Shown here: piece by piece, positions 1-8,826 of the stretch
Position numbering within the stretch: position 1 is the first letter of the stretch
How the letters are laid out: every line of letters begins with the position of its first letter
Assembly (NCBI GenBank): GCA_021848765.1
Contig: JAJZTU010000001.1
Span: 1 to 55,762 of the forward strand
DNA: 55,762 bases
Reading direction: 5' to 3'
DNA from: Bacillota bacterium
Lineage (GTDB): Bacteria; Bacillota; GCA-003054495; Carboxydocellales; JAJZTU01
Program-made: the position numbers and the translations under genes
Notes under the pieces: generated by a model
Database searches by the model: none
What the model saw: the letters and a program-made list of their open reading frames with translations, nothing else
Told to the model about the DNA's origin: nothing

Positions 1-9
1 TTCCGATCT
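1..9. other. Probable sequencing-adapter remnant (TTCCGATCT) at contig start
   Basis: The first 9 nt equal the 3' end of the Illumina adapter (..GCTCTTCCGATCT). They are the only left-end bases not matched by the right-end copy of the overlap. Confidence 0.55.
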
Positions 10-135
10 GCCATTGAATACACCCATTTGCTCAAAGGCTTTACAGGCTTCATGTACGTGCCAGACGGTCATGATTTACCTCCCTATTGCGCCAGTTTTA
101 GTCCCCTCCGCAATTCCCCTATGTTGCGCCGCCCT
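10..135. repeat. Terminal overlap, left copy (circular closure or short terminal redundancy)
   Basis: nt 10-135 repeat nt 55636-55762 base for base except one T (TT at 114-115 versus TTT at 55740-55742). Confidence 0.95.
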
Positions 136-356
136 TGAACAGAGCAGAGGTATTCCTCCCAACCGTTGCGAATTGCCCCCAAAGTTGCTCCGTGCGCCTG
201 GGCAATCGTCTTAACCATGTCATAGGCCTCTGCTCGGGAGAGGTTGTCAAATGCACCGGTTTCCTCGATGCCTTTACATAACTCGTATATAACCCATTCG
301 TTGTCGGTTCCGCGGATGATGTTGATGCCCCACTCAATGCTTATCAACCAACCCAC
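84..356 (-). CDS. Hypothetical protein downstream of dnaB
   Basis: 90-codon ORF overlapping the dnaB stop. The likely real start is TTG at 347, 8 nt after AAAGG. The 3' end lies in the terminal overlap, so its reading frame depends on the T indel. Confidence 0.45.
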   Translation of the reverse strand: MGWLISIEWGINIIRGTDNEWVIYELCKGIEETGAFDNLSRAEAYDMVKTIAQAHGATLGAIRNGWEEYLCSVQGRRNIGELRRGLKLAQ

Positions 357-1702
357 CTTTCTAGGTTATGAAATCTGGTGTACTCAGCATAGAATTTCAT
401 CTGCACTTTCCCTATTGGTCCGCTCCGGTTTTTCTTCAGAAGAATGTCCACCAGGTCATTAACATCGGGGTTCGGACGATGCAGCAGTAATACTGCCCAC
501 CCATCCTGCTCTTGGGCCCCGCCGCCCCGGAGGTCAGATATTTCTGGCTGCTTATTTCCCCGCCTTTCGCTCTCCCGGTTTAGCTGTGTCAGACATAGTA
601 CCGGCACCTGTAACTCTTTAGCCAAGTCCACCATTGCCCCGGAAACATGCGCCGTCCACTGGTCCTTATCCATATTTCCGACCGGGTCCTTAAAAAGCTG
701 GAAATAGTCCACAACAACAAGCCCCACTCCGTTTACCCGTTCAATGGCTTCTGCTATCTGGATTTTTCCTCTCTCGCGGAATCCCTTGGCCTTCTCAAGC
801 ATGTCCATCCTGAATTGTCGCACTTTCAGGAAAAGGCTTGATGTGGTCTGCCGCTCGTCATCCGTAGCAATCGGTAGGGTGGAAAGAGTATTTGTGGCAC
901 GGACAATATTACTCCAGTCCGAATCTCTCAAAAATCCATGCTGCAGAAGATGTCCGTCTATCGATGCCTCCATTGACACTTGGCGGTCTGCAATTTGCTC
1001 CCGACTCATTTCCATGGATGCCATATAAACCGGCACCCCAGTTTTAGCCACGTTTCGGACGGTGGTTAAGGCTAATGCTGTCTTCCCTACTCCCGGTCTC
1101 GCACCGCAGTAATACACCCGCCCTGGCATCATCATACCGATAGTGCGGTCCATGTCCCTAAACCCCCAACTAATACCCTTTTTCTCCTGCCTGCGCCTCT
1201 CCAGGTAGTCGATATATTCCAGCATAAGGTCATAGTTTAGGACGTACTTCCTGCCCGTTTTACGGTCCACAACACTGTAAACCTCTCTCTGTGCCGCTAA
1301 CACAATTTCTTCGGTCGAATTTTCGATCTCGTCAAGGGCGGCTAGGTTGCGTTGTAATACGGACCTTAGTTGTCTGCGCTCCGACTTTTCTTTCAGGATG
1401 CGTATGTAGTTGTCAATGTGCGGTTCAAAGGCGGAGTCGCAGAGTTTGGCGATTGCGACAGAACCCCCAACTTTAGGCAAGTTGCCACTGTCTTTTAGCT
1501 CTTGAGTAAGGTATAGCATTTCAATGGGCTTGCCCTGCTTGGTCATCTGAAACATGGTTTGAAAGATGAGGCGGTGGGAATCCCGGTAAAAATCATCCGG
1601 GAAAACTTTGTCCAGTGTATAATTTGCGGCCTTATTGGACATGATCATAGTGCCAAGTATGGCCGTTTCCACATCGATGCAGGTATACAGGTCTGGGTTC
1701 AT
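344..1702 (-). CDS. dnaB: Replicative DNA helicase DnaB
   Basis: 452 aa with a DnaB N-domain and a RecA-like core. Walker A is GARPGVGKT and Walker B is LVVVDYFQL. It overlaps the upstream organizer gene by 4 nt. Confidence 0.92.
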   Translation of the reverse strand: MNPDLYTCIDVETAILGTMIMSNKAANYTLDKVFPDDFYRDSHRLIFQTMFQMTKQGKPIEMLYLTQELKDSGNLPKVGGSVAIAKLCDSAFEPHIDNYIRILKEKSERRQLRSVLQRNLAALDEIENSTEEIVLAAQREVYSVVDRKTGRKYVLNYDLMLEYIDYLERRRQEKKGISWGFRDMDRTIGMMMPGRVYYCGARPGVGKTALALTTVRNVAKTGVPVYMASMEMSREQIADRQVSMEASIDGHLLQHGFLRDSDWSNIVRATNTLSTLPIATDDERQTTSSLFLKVRQFRMDMLEKAKGFRERGKIQIAEAIERVNGVGLVVVDYFQLFKDPVGNMDKDQWTAHVSGAMVDLAKELQVPVLCLTQLNRESERRGNKQPEISDLRGGGAQEQDGWAVLLLHRPNPDVNDLVDILLKKNRSGPIGKVQMKFYAEYTRFHNLERWVG

Positions 1703-2550
1703 ATAGTTTCCCCCTCAGTGAACCATTCTTCATATTTAGCTCCCGCCGGTTCGGTTGGATTCCTGCTTCTCGTGTCGATATCTGTTCGCTGTCCAGCGTT
1801 TATCCATTGTTCCGTTTTCTCGGTGGATCTGAATACATACTCGATTTCGGCATAAAACTTATTTCTGTCATTTTTACCCATGATAAAGTCATCAGCAGCC
1901 AGGTTGACAATGGCTTGCTTTAGCTCATTCGCGCTAAAGTCTGTTAGTCGGGTCTTGATTTTTTGTATTCGACCTTTAGTTAGTCGCCGCCTAATGCCAA
2001 GCGTTTTACAGTAAAACTCGAAGATATCGCTAACAACATCGTCGGTTTCGGCTTGCCCGGGACCGACATATTCTTTTTCTTTTAAAGGTGAAGGTGAAGG
2101 TGAAGGTGAAGGTACAATTTCTGCTGATGGTTGTTCAATATCTGCAATAGTTGCTAATTGTTGCTGATTTTCTTCTGCCCAAGGAGGGTTTAATGGTGCG
2201 GGATATTTTGAAGCCTGCTTTTCTTTTCGTTTAGAATCTATGTAGGTCTGGTATTTATACCAGATAGATGGGTTGACTGCCAGATAAGGTTTATCGTCAA
2301 TTATGTAATGATGGGCTAACTCGAACTGATCATATAATTTTATTGCTTCAGCGACTTCTTTAGCGGTAAACGGGAAGGCTGGGAAAACGGTTAACTTTAC
2401 TTCCATCGGATTAGCCCCCATACGGCCCCAGTCATCCAATGCCGTAACCATCCAGGGCCACATTAAGGCTGCGGTAGGATTCTCCTCTGCTAGTATTGCT
2501 ATTTTTTCGTCTGTGCACATATCACTGGTAATAAACCGTTTCCTCGCCAT
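1699..2550 (-). CDS. Replisome organizer / DnaD-like replication initiator
   Basis: ATG at 2550 follows RBS GGGGAGG. The C-terminal region (..FSANELKQAIVNLAADDFIMGKNDRNKFYAEIEYVFRS..) matches the conserved phage replisome-organizer C-terminus (Phg_2220_C type). The gene sits directly upstream of dnaB. Confidence 0.7.
   Translation of the reverse strand: MARKRFITSDMCTDEKIAILAEENPTAALMWPWMVTALDDWGRMGANPMEVKLTVFPAFPFTAKEVAEAIKLYDQFELAHHYIIDDKPYLAVNPSIWYKYQTYIDSKRKEKQASKYPAPLNPPWAEENQQQLATIADIEQPSAEIVPSPSPSPSPLKEKEYVGPGQAETDDVVSDIFEFYCKTLGIRRRLTKGRIQKIKTRLTDFSANELKQAIVNLAADDFIMGKNDRNKFYAEIEYVFRSTEKTEQWINAGQRTDIDTRSRNPTEPAGAKYEEWFTEGETI
2086..2113. repeat. Hexanucleotide tandem repeat (AGGTGA)x4.5 encoding a (Ser-Pro)n linker
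   Basis: aggtga is repeated 4 times plus a partial copy. On the minus strand it encodes SPSPSPSPSP inside the organizer gene. Confidence 0.9.
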
Positions 2551-2649
2551 CCGCTCTACCTCCCCTGGCATCAATAGTTCCTGCCCCGGCCTAATCACCG
2601 TGCTCCGCAACTTCCCGTTCTTGCCATTCAACTCCCGAATCCCATTCAC
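2551..2649 (-). pseudogene. Duplicated 3' fragment of the LysM gene (in-frame 5' extension of the organizer ORF)
   Basis: It encodes ..IRELNGKNGKLRSTVIRPGQELLMPGEVE, compared with IREINGTDGKLRSTVIHAGEELLLPVEVE at the C-terminus of the 2902-3198 product. The two copies share an exact 22-mer, accgtgctccgcaacttcccgt. Confidence 0.6.
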
Positions 2650-2905
2650 TATCTGCTTGCCGGTAACCAGCCTCTCTCCTTAACTCGCCTATCTCTCCCT
2701 CATGCCAAAAGTCCTCAAAATCCTTGGAATGCTCTCTCAAGTATTTATCGCACTCCTTGCATAGGTATCCAGTGCTAAACTCTCCTTCGACTCTTCCGGC
2801 GAAATACTTTGCCCCGGAACCTGCCGGAATCTTTATCAGACAACCTTTGCATTGGTGTTCTTTCCTCGTTTTCTTAACCTCAGTCCATTTGCCGAATTCG
2901 CTCAT
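2591..2905 (-). CDS. Zn-ribbon-like hypothetical protein
   Basis: 104 aa with RBS GGAGGTGGAAGG upstream of the ATG. It has CxxC (CKGC) and CxxC (CKEC) pairs. It is flanked by the duplicated LysM 3' segments. Confidence 0.6.
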   Translation of the reverse strand: MSEFGKWTEVKKTRKEHQCKGCLIKIPAGSGAKYFAGRVEGEFSTGYLCKECDKYLREHSKDFEDFWHEGEIGELRREAGYRQADSEWDSGVEWQEREVAEHGD

Positions 2906-3198
2906 TTGCCTTCCACCTCCACCGGCAACAACAACTCTTCCCCCGCATGGATAACCGTGCTCCGCAACTTCCCGTCAGTCCCATTAATCTCCCTAATCCG
3001 GTGCACCATTTCCCCCGTGTGCGCCCCTGGATACCGATTACTTGCGATTCCCCAAAGCGTATCCCCTGCCTGCACCACATACACCTCATGCCCCGGCTTG
3101 TCCACTGCGTCAGCCTGCTTGGCGTACAGCAGCAAGGCTACAGCGATAATAATTAGCACCAGATAGGCAATTAAGCCAGCATAATTTCGATTGGTCAT
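2902..3198 (-). CDS. Membrane-anchored LysM protein (YneA-like cell-division-inhibitor architecture)
   Basis: 98 aa with an N-terminal TM helix (LIAYLVLIIIAVALLLY) and a LysM motif (YVVQAGDTLWGIA...INGT..L..G..L.LP). RBS is GGAGG. Confidence 0.75.
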   Translation of the reverse strand: MTNRNYAGLIAYLVLIIIAVALLLYAKQADAVDKPGHEVYVVQAGDTLWGIASNRYPGAHTGEMVHRIREINGTDGKLRSTVIHAGEELLLPVEVEGK

Positions 3199-4112
3199 GG
3201 AGTCACCTCCGGGAATTCACTCCAAACTTTGCCGTCAAGTTCCGGCATCTTTACCAACTTTCCGGCAACATCCATCTGCTTTAGGAAGAACGGCACACCA
3301 GTGGTTTGGCATTGGTCACGTAAAGATATGATCCATTCTGACATGGCAGGCCTCCGTTTTGGGCCTGATTCGGTGCCGCAAATAATCCAGTTCAACCTTT
3401 CACAATAAGGGTCGTTTTCCGCTGCGCCAAATTCGTGTATAGCTTCGCACTCAGGGCAGGCCACGTCAGGGCCTAGCGGATCGTCCTCTGGCGGGTCCCC
3501 TGTTTCCATGCCTTTAGGAAGGTATTGGCTTAAATCAATCGGCCCCAATAGTGGTTCCGCCGAAATGAATCTGACTGCAGCTTGTGCCTGTAGGAGCAGT
3601 GGAATCCGCTCATCTGCGGCCTGTTGATTCTCAACCGAAGTACCAATCCATGCATTGGCGGGAAATTCAAATTCCTGGTATCGCTTTGGGTTTTTGGTCA
3701 GAAACAGAAAAGTATGTTGCAGGCAGAATTCAACCACATTCAGTACATCGCATATCCAGGTACTGGGCACCCAATCCCCGAACAGGTCACCCATACTGCA
3801 AACAAATACCTTCTGTGGTTGCTTTATTTTAGCGGGTTCATCCAGATGGTAACGGTGAAATGTAGGTAAAAATGCCATCGGGTACGGTTGGATTCGTCCA
3901 CTCTTGTAATATGGTTTGTTGAGTTCCAGCATCGTGTCCATGCCCACGGGGCTGTCATATTTGCAACCATCAACCTCATCCAGCCTCGGAGCAAATGCTA
4001 ATCCAAACCTATTAGCAATTTTCTCGGCATAGCAGTATTTGCACTCATGTAAACACCCAGTAACAGGATTAAAGGTATAATCACACCAATCTATTTTTGT
4101 ACGGTTCATCAC
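3195..4112 (-). CDS. Phage Gp37/Gp68 family protein (DUF5131)
   Basis: The N-terminus KIDWCDYTFNPVTGCLHECKYCYA is the family signature (IEWTD.TWNP..GC...C..CYA). Confidence 0.8.
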   Translation of the reverse strand: MMNRTKIDWCDYTFNPVTGCLHECKYCYAEKIANRFGLAFAPRLDEVDGCKYDSPVGMDTMLELNKPYYKSGRIQPYPMAFLPTFHRYHLDEPAKIKQPQKVFVCSMGDLFGDWVPSTWICDVLNVVEFCLQHTFLFLTKNPKRYQEFEFPANAWIGTSVENQQAADERIPLLLQAQAAVRFISAEPLLGPIDLSQYLPKGMETGDPPEDDPLGPDVACPECEAIHEFGAAENDPYCERLNWIICGTESGPKRRPAMSEWIISLRDQCQTTGVPFFLKQMDVAGKLVKMPELDGKVWSEFPEVTP

Positions 4113-4306
4113 CCCACCACCTTTCTCTGTTCTGCCTGCCTCCTCATTGCTGCTACAATCAGCTTGTCCGCCATCAGGCTATAATACAGTGTTATTTTAT
4201 GGGTGGTCCCCCGCACCGCCGCAGATACCTCCATCCGCCGGCGGTAGCGCAGGAACCGTTTCTGCTCGCCCGGGGTCATATGGTCGAAATATGCATCGTG
4301 AATCAT
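4109..4306 (-). CDS. Hypothetical protein
   Basis: 65-aa ORF translationally coupled on both sides by 4-nt overlaps. Confidence 0.5.
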   Translation of the reverse strand: MIHDAYFDHMTPGEQKRFLRYRRRMEVSAAVRGTTHKITLYYSLMADKLIVAAMRRQAEQRKVVG

Positions 4307-6684
4307 GCTGTTTCACCATCCTTGCCTATAAAATCAAAGAGTGTCATGGTATCTGATGCAGTGGCCCTCTCTAGATTATTCCTGGCCTGCTCAAAGTAGC
4401 TTTGCTTAAGCTCTACCCCGATGAATTTCCGCTTCATTTTTAGGGCTTGGTAGCCCTCGCTGCCGATACCGGCGAAAGGCGAAAACGCCAGATCACCTTC
4501 ATTGCTCCAAAGCGTCAGCGCCCGTTCGATAACATCAAGCTGTAAAGGACAGATATGCCTTTCGTCTTTATGCTCCCTGGCTGATTCTCTATTCAATGTG
4601 TTGCTTTGGTTAATGTCCATCCAAACTGGGGAGGCGTATCTTCGCCATACTTGGTGGGAATAAACCGGACCTCCCGTGTATGGTTGATGTTTCGCAAAAG
4701 CTTCCATATCCGGATTCGGTCGCTCTATTTTGGGGGCGTTCGGCTCATCTTCTCCGGCAAAGCATGTTAGCCCATCCGGATGAGTAATAGGGTCTTGGTT
4801 TGTGCCAATTTTACGGACAGTAATTAAATAATCCGGAAGCCCCTGCCGGCACATTGATGAGTCTTTTACTAACTGTTTATGCATAAGCCCTAATGCTTTA
4901 GTGCGGGTAGCCTCGACCAACGGGTCTTTCCAAATTACCGCCTTGGCGTGATAGATAAACCCCGCCGCTTCGAACATACGTAATAAATCACCTGGAAAAT
5001 CCTTTAACCCTATATATCCGTCTCGGTCCTTCATGGCCGGGATATCCATACAGTGGAAAGATAATAACCTACCTGGCATTGTAATTCGGTACAATTCGCT
5101 CACTAAAAACCTAAAGTGAGTAAAAAATTGATCGTTATTTTTACAGTTACCCATATCCCGCTCGCTGTTGGAATAGGTATAAAGCGAACTAAAAGGCGGG
5201 GAGAATATGGTATAATGAATCGAGTTGTCCGGGATCTCTCGGGCTACTTCCACGCAATCGCCAAGGTACAGTGTCCAGCCGTCGCCTTTGGCGGTTGCTG
5301 TTTTATATTGCTCAACTTCCTTTTCTGCTGAATGGATATTCTTCTTCGTTATTTCCTGAGTGTGCTTGACTAGGTTCTCTTGCATCCGCAAAGCATCTGC
5401 CTCCTTTCGTTTAATATTGGCCACTACGGACCCCTCCTGTTCGCCGATAATCACATAGGCATTAACCGGCTTTTTCTGTCCAAATCTCCAACATCTACGC
5501 ACGGCCTGATAAAATGCTTCGTAGCTATCCGACAGTCCCACAAAAGCCATTTTTGCGCAGTGTTGCCAGTTCATTCCGAATCCTGCAATGCTTGGCTTGG
5601 TGACCAGAACACGAATTTTTCCCGCCGTAAAATCTGCCATCGCCTTTTCTTTATGCTCCGGGCCATCACTGCCCTTAACCTCAACCGCTCCAGGAATAGC
5701 TTTGGTTAGTGCGTCACTCTCTGCGTTTAGATCACACCATGTAATCCAAGGATCATCTGATGCATTTACTAATTCTGCGCACCTTTTTACCCTATCCGTT
5801 AGGCTTGTTCTTCTGGACTTCTGTCGATCTTGTAATGTTAGAGCCTCTATTGCGAATAGGCGACCTTCTGTAGGCTTATCCACCCGAACTACTTCCTCGT
5901 GAATATGTAGATCAGGTAACGTGAAATCTCCATCCTCATAGCCCAGGTCAGAGGGTTTCCTCATCACAGCCGCCCAGGATGCTACCCATTCCCAATATTT
6001 ATTTTCAGCATGTCCCTTTAGCCTCCATTTTGAGGTATCGCCGCTGTCATGCACAAAGAATGTTGCTAGCATTTCAGTCCGACTCATTACACCAAGAAAT
6101 TCCGAGTGATTACCTAGCTCCATAAAGTCATTTGGTGCTGGTGTTGCCGTGCAGGCTAGTCGGTATGGGGTATTGGCAAAGGACTCGATTATTGTCGTTC
6201 TGGTTTTTCCATCATACGCCTTGAGTATTGATGATTCGTCCAGGACCGCCACGGCAAAATCTCCGGTTTCAAACTTGTGCAGCATTTCGTAGTTGGTAAT
6301 ATTGACTCCAGGTTTTACATCATCCTGGGACCGGCAGATTGTAACATCAAGCCCAATCTTTTCCCCTTCCAGCGCAGTCTGTCTTGCTACTGCCAAGGGT
6401 GCTAAAATCAGCACATTACCTCCGGTGTGATTATGTACGTGCTTGGCCCACTCTAATTGCATTATTGTCTTTCCAAGTCCGCAATCACAGAACAAAGCAG
6501 CTTTGCCCCGTCTCAATGCCCATTTAACAAGGTCGCGCTGGAAGGGGAATAGTTGTTGATGTATATTTTCAGCTTCAAATCCGGAAGTAGCGACGATAAT
6601 CTTCTTGGTTTCTAGGAATTCTTGATAACTCACTCCAATATCACTCCCTCCAACTTCCTCCTGCCGAATTGCAGAGCAGTCCAC
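4303..6684 (-). CDS. SNF2-family helicase fused to a beta-class N6/N4 DNA methyltransferase
   Basis: The N-terminal half has motif I DCGLGKT, motif II VLDESS and motif VI QAVRRCWRFGQ. The C-terminal half has IFSPPF (motif IV) followed by FSPFAGIGSEG (motif I), the order typical of beta-class methyltransferases. Confidence 0.85.
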   Translation of the reverse strand: MDCSAIRQEEVGGSDIGVSYQEFLETKKIIVATSGFEAENIHQQLFPFQRDLVKWALRRGKAALFCDCGLGKTIMQLEWAKHVHNHTGGNVLILAPLAVARQTALEGEKIGLDVTICRSQDDVKPGVNITNYEMLHKFETGDFAVAVLDESSILKAYDGKTRTTIIESFANTPYRLACTATPAPNDFMELGNHSEFLGVMSRTEMLATFFVHDSGDTSKWRLKGHAENKYWEWVASWAAVMRKPSDLGYEDGDFTLPDLHIHEEVVRVDKPTEGRLFAIEALTLQDRQKSRRTSLTDRVKRCAELVNASDDPWITWCDLNAESDALTKAIPGAVEVKGSDGPEHKEKAMADFTAGKIRVLVTKPSIAGFGMNWQHCAKMAFVGLSDSYEAFYQAVRRCWRFGQKKPVNAYVIIGEQEGSVVANIKRKEADALRMQENLVKHTQEITKKNIHSAEKEVEQYKTATAKGDGWTLYLGDCVEVAREIPDNSIHYTIFSPPFSSLYTYSNSERDMGNCKNNDQFFTHFRFLVSELYRITMPGRLLSFHCMDIPAMKDRDGYIGLKDFPGDLLRMFEAAGFIYHAKAVIWKDPLVEATRTKALGLMHKQLVKDSSMCRQGLPDYLITVRKIGTNQDPITHPDGLTCFAGEDEPNAPKIERPNPDMEAFAKHQPYTGGPVYSHQVWRRYASPVWMDINQSNTLNRESAREHKDERHICPLQLDVIERALTLWSNEGDLAFSPFAGIGSEGYQALKMKRKFIGVELKQSYFEQARNNLERATASDTMTLFDFIGKDGETA

Positions 6685-6703
6685 CTATCACCTACATACA
6701 AAG

Positions 6704-6982
6704 CTAGTTGCGAGTGCGTTCAAATAGTTTGATGAAATCATCAAGAGTCAATATATTTGTCTCATCAGCCGAAAGGCTGCGACTATGACCTTTGCCCATT
6801 CTGTAGGTTTTGACATCATAAATTATTTTTCTAAAATCGCTAGTGATCATAATTATCTGTTTAACACCTAGAATTTCACCTACAACAAACACAATTGACT
6901 CTTCTTCACCATCGGCAGTTTCTACAATAACTTTGTCGCCTTTATCGAACTTGGTTTTTATCGTAATATCCATTTTCACCAT
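6704..6982 (-). CDS. Hypothetical protein
   Basis: 92-aa ORF packed tightly between the UvrD-like gene and the SNF2-MTase gene. Confidence 0.55.
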   Translation of the reverse strand: MVKMDITIKTKFDKGDKVIVETADGEEESIVFVVGEILGVKQIIMITSDFRKIIYDVKTYRMGKGHSRSLSADETNILTLDDFIKLFERTRN

Positions 6983-6984
6983 CC

Positions 6985-8826
6985 TTAACTCACCGACTTT
7001 AGTAACTCTTCCAGGAATTGACTTTCTTCCTGTGCTACCACCTGATTACCCCACGGAATCGTCTCAATTGGCCTGGTAATATGCAAACGCTCTTTAGCCC
7101 TGGTAATAGCGACATAGAACAATCGGCGTTCTTCTTCCAGGTCCTGAGTACGTTTACTTGGGAAGGTTCCCTGATTCATCCCGATCACGAACACTACTGG
7201 GAATTCCAATCCTTTTGAGGCGTGAACGGTCATTAACTTGACAGCGTTTTTCTCTTCTGCTAGCTTCTCTTGTATATCCTTGAGCCGTAACCATCTGAGG
7301 AAGGCCTGAGAGTTTGTAGATTCCCCTAGCTCGGTCTGTCGTTGCATCCACCAGGCTATGTAGTCACAGGCAGATTCAAAGTCTTTTATGCGGTTGGTTA
7401 GGTTTTTATTTTCGTGGTATTGCTTTGCTCCGATGAGTTCATATGTCAAATAAAACATTTGCAGGGCATCGTCACCTTCCCTAATTGATTGCCTGAGTAA
7501 TATCCCGCAATGCACTAGCTGGGATATGCCTAGATGTTTTACCTTTTCCTGTTCAAGCACATCCATGAGGGGAATTTCATTATCCAGTGCCTTAAGCTCG
7601 CATTCTTCAAGAGTAACTTGGGTTATCCTTGGTTGAGGGAATTTCAGCAGCTTCCGCAAACTATAACTATCGCCAGGGTTTATGGCTATCTCCATGGCCG
7701 CTAGAAGCATTTTGATGTCATGTTTTTTCATCACATCATCCCGGTTGTAGATTAGCTGAGTGGGGATGTTGTTCCGGCCCAGATAGTTCTTAATAGTTTC
7801 CAGTTGCCTGTTGGTCCGTGCGAGGATAGCGAAGTTCGACCAATTTCCTTTTGTCTCCAGCTTAATATTGCCGGCGATACTGTTAGCCTCCTGCTCCTCA
7901 TCTTGGACAGCAATGAAGGTAACCGCTACTCCTACAGCTTCTGAGATTAGCTTCTTCTTGGTCTGTTTAGTGTTATGACTAATCAGATTGTTGGCAGCTT
8001 CCACGATCTCTTTGGTGGACCGGTAATTCCGCTCTAGTTTGATTACCTCGCATCCGGGATACATCTGGGGGAAATCTAGGATCAGGTTTACATTAGCTCC
8101 CCGCCACCCATAGATTGCTTGAAAATCATCACCCACAACGAAGAGGTTTTCCGGGTTAAGCAGCTTGATTGTCTCCATTTGAATGTTGTTAGTGTCCTGG
8201 AATTCGTCCACGAAAACATACTTATATCGGTGGTGGAGTTCTGCTCTGGCCCGGTCATCTTCAAGAACATCCCGGGCGGCATATAAGAGTCCATCGAGGT
8301 CAGTAGCATTGTTCTGTCTCAATCGGTAGTCGTATTCTATTGCGGCTTGGTGTGATTCCCTGCTCCAAAAGGAATCTACTTCTCTCTTTCGACCCATTTC
8401 AATATCATGTAGAACATCCTTAACCTTGATTTTTTTGTTGTACCCATGCTCATTGATAATGGCTTGAATAATACTCTCCTGGTCCTCTTGATCATAGATG
8501 GTGAAGTTTTCATGGACGCCTACGAGCTTGCCAAACTCCTTGAGCAGCTTTACACAGAAGGCATGAAAGGTATTGCAAAAAAGCTTTTTACCTTCCTCTT
8601 CGCCAATTAACTTGATTACCCGCTCTTTCATCTCCTGACCGGCTAACCGGGTAAATGTGAGGGCAAGCATATTCACAGTACCCACCCGGTTCTGATTCAA
8701 GTATGCTATCCTGGTGGTCAGGGTTTTGGTTTTCCCACTCCCTGCACCAGCTAGGAGTAGTATGTGGGGGCTGTCACTCACGACAGCCCTTTTCTGTTCA
8801 TTATTTAGTCCCTCAAGCAACTTCAT
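6985..8826 (-). CDS. UvrD/PcrA/Rep-family DNA helicase
   Basis: 613 aa with motif I AGAGSGKT, motif II VDEFQDTN and the C-terminal motif MTVHASKGLEF. Confidence 0.9.
   Translation of the reverse strand: MKLLEGLNNEQKRAVVSDSPHILLLAGAGSGKTKTLTTRIAYLNQNRVGTVNMLALTFTRLAGQEMKERVIKLIGEEEGKKLFCNTFHAFCVKLLKEFGKLVGVHENFTIYDQEDQESIIQAIINEHGYNKKIKVKDVLHDIEMGRKREVDSFWSRESHQAAIEYDYRLRQNNATDLDGLLYAARDVLEDDRARAELHHRYKYVFVDEFQDTNNIQMETIKLLNPENLFVVGDDFQAIYGWRGANVNLILDFPQMYPGCEVIKLERNYRSTKEIVEAANNLISHNTKQTKKKLISEAVGVAVTFIAVQDEEQEANSIAGNIKLETKGNWSNFAILARTNRQLETIKNYLGRNNIPTQLIYNRDDVMKKHDIKMLLAAMEIAINPGDSYSLRKLLKFPQPRITQVTLEECELKALDNEIPLMDVLEQEKVKHLGISQLVHCGILLRQSIREGDDALQMFYLTYELIGAKQYHENKNLTNRIKDFESACDYIAWWMQRQTELGESTNSQAFLRWLRLKDIQEKLAEEKNAVKLMTVHASKGLEFPVVFVIGMNQGTFPSKRTQDLEEERRLFYVAITRAKERLHITRPIETIPWGNQVVAQEESQFLEELLKSVS

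Noticed and set aside
10-135. The terminal repeat as a biological direct terminal repeat (DTR) defining the virion ends.
   Set aside because: Sequence alone cannot distinguish it from an assembler overlap. The length of about 127 nt and the adjacent adapter remnant favour an artefact. The P27 terS and HNH context predicts a cos site near 45.1-45.4 kb instead.
1699-2649. The full 316-aa form of the replisome-organizer ORF starting at 2649.
   Set aside because: Its first 33 codons are a duplicated LysM 3' fragment and overlap the 2591-2905 gene. The internal ATG at 2550 has a good RBS.
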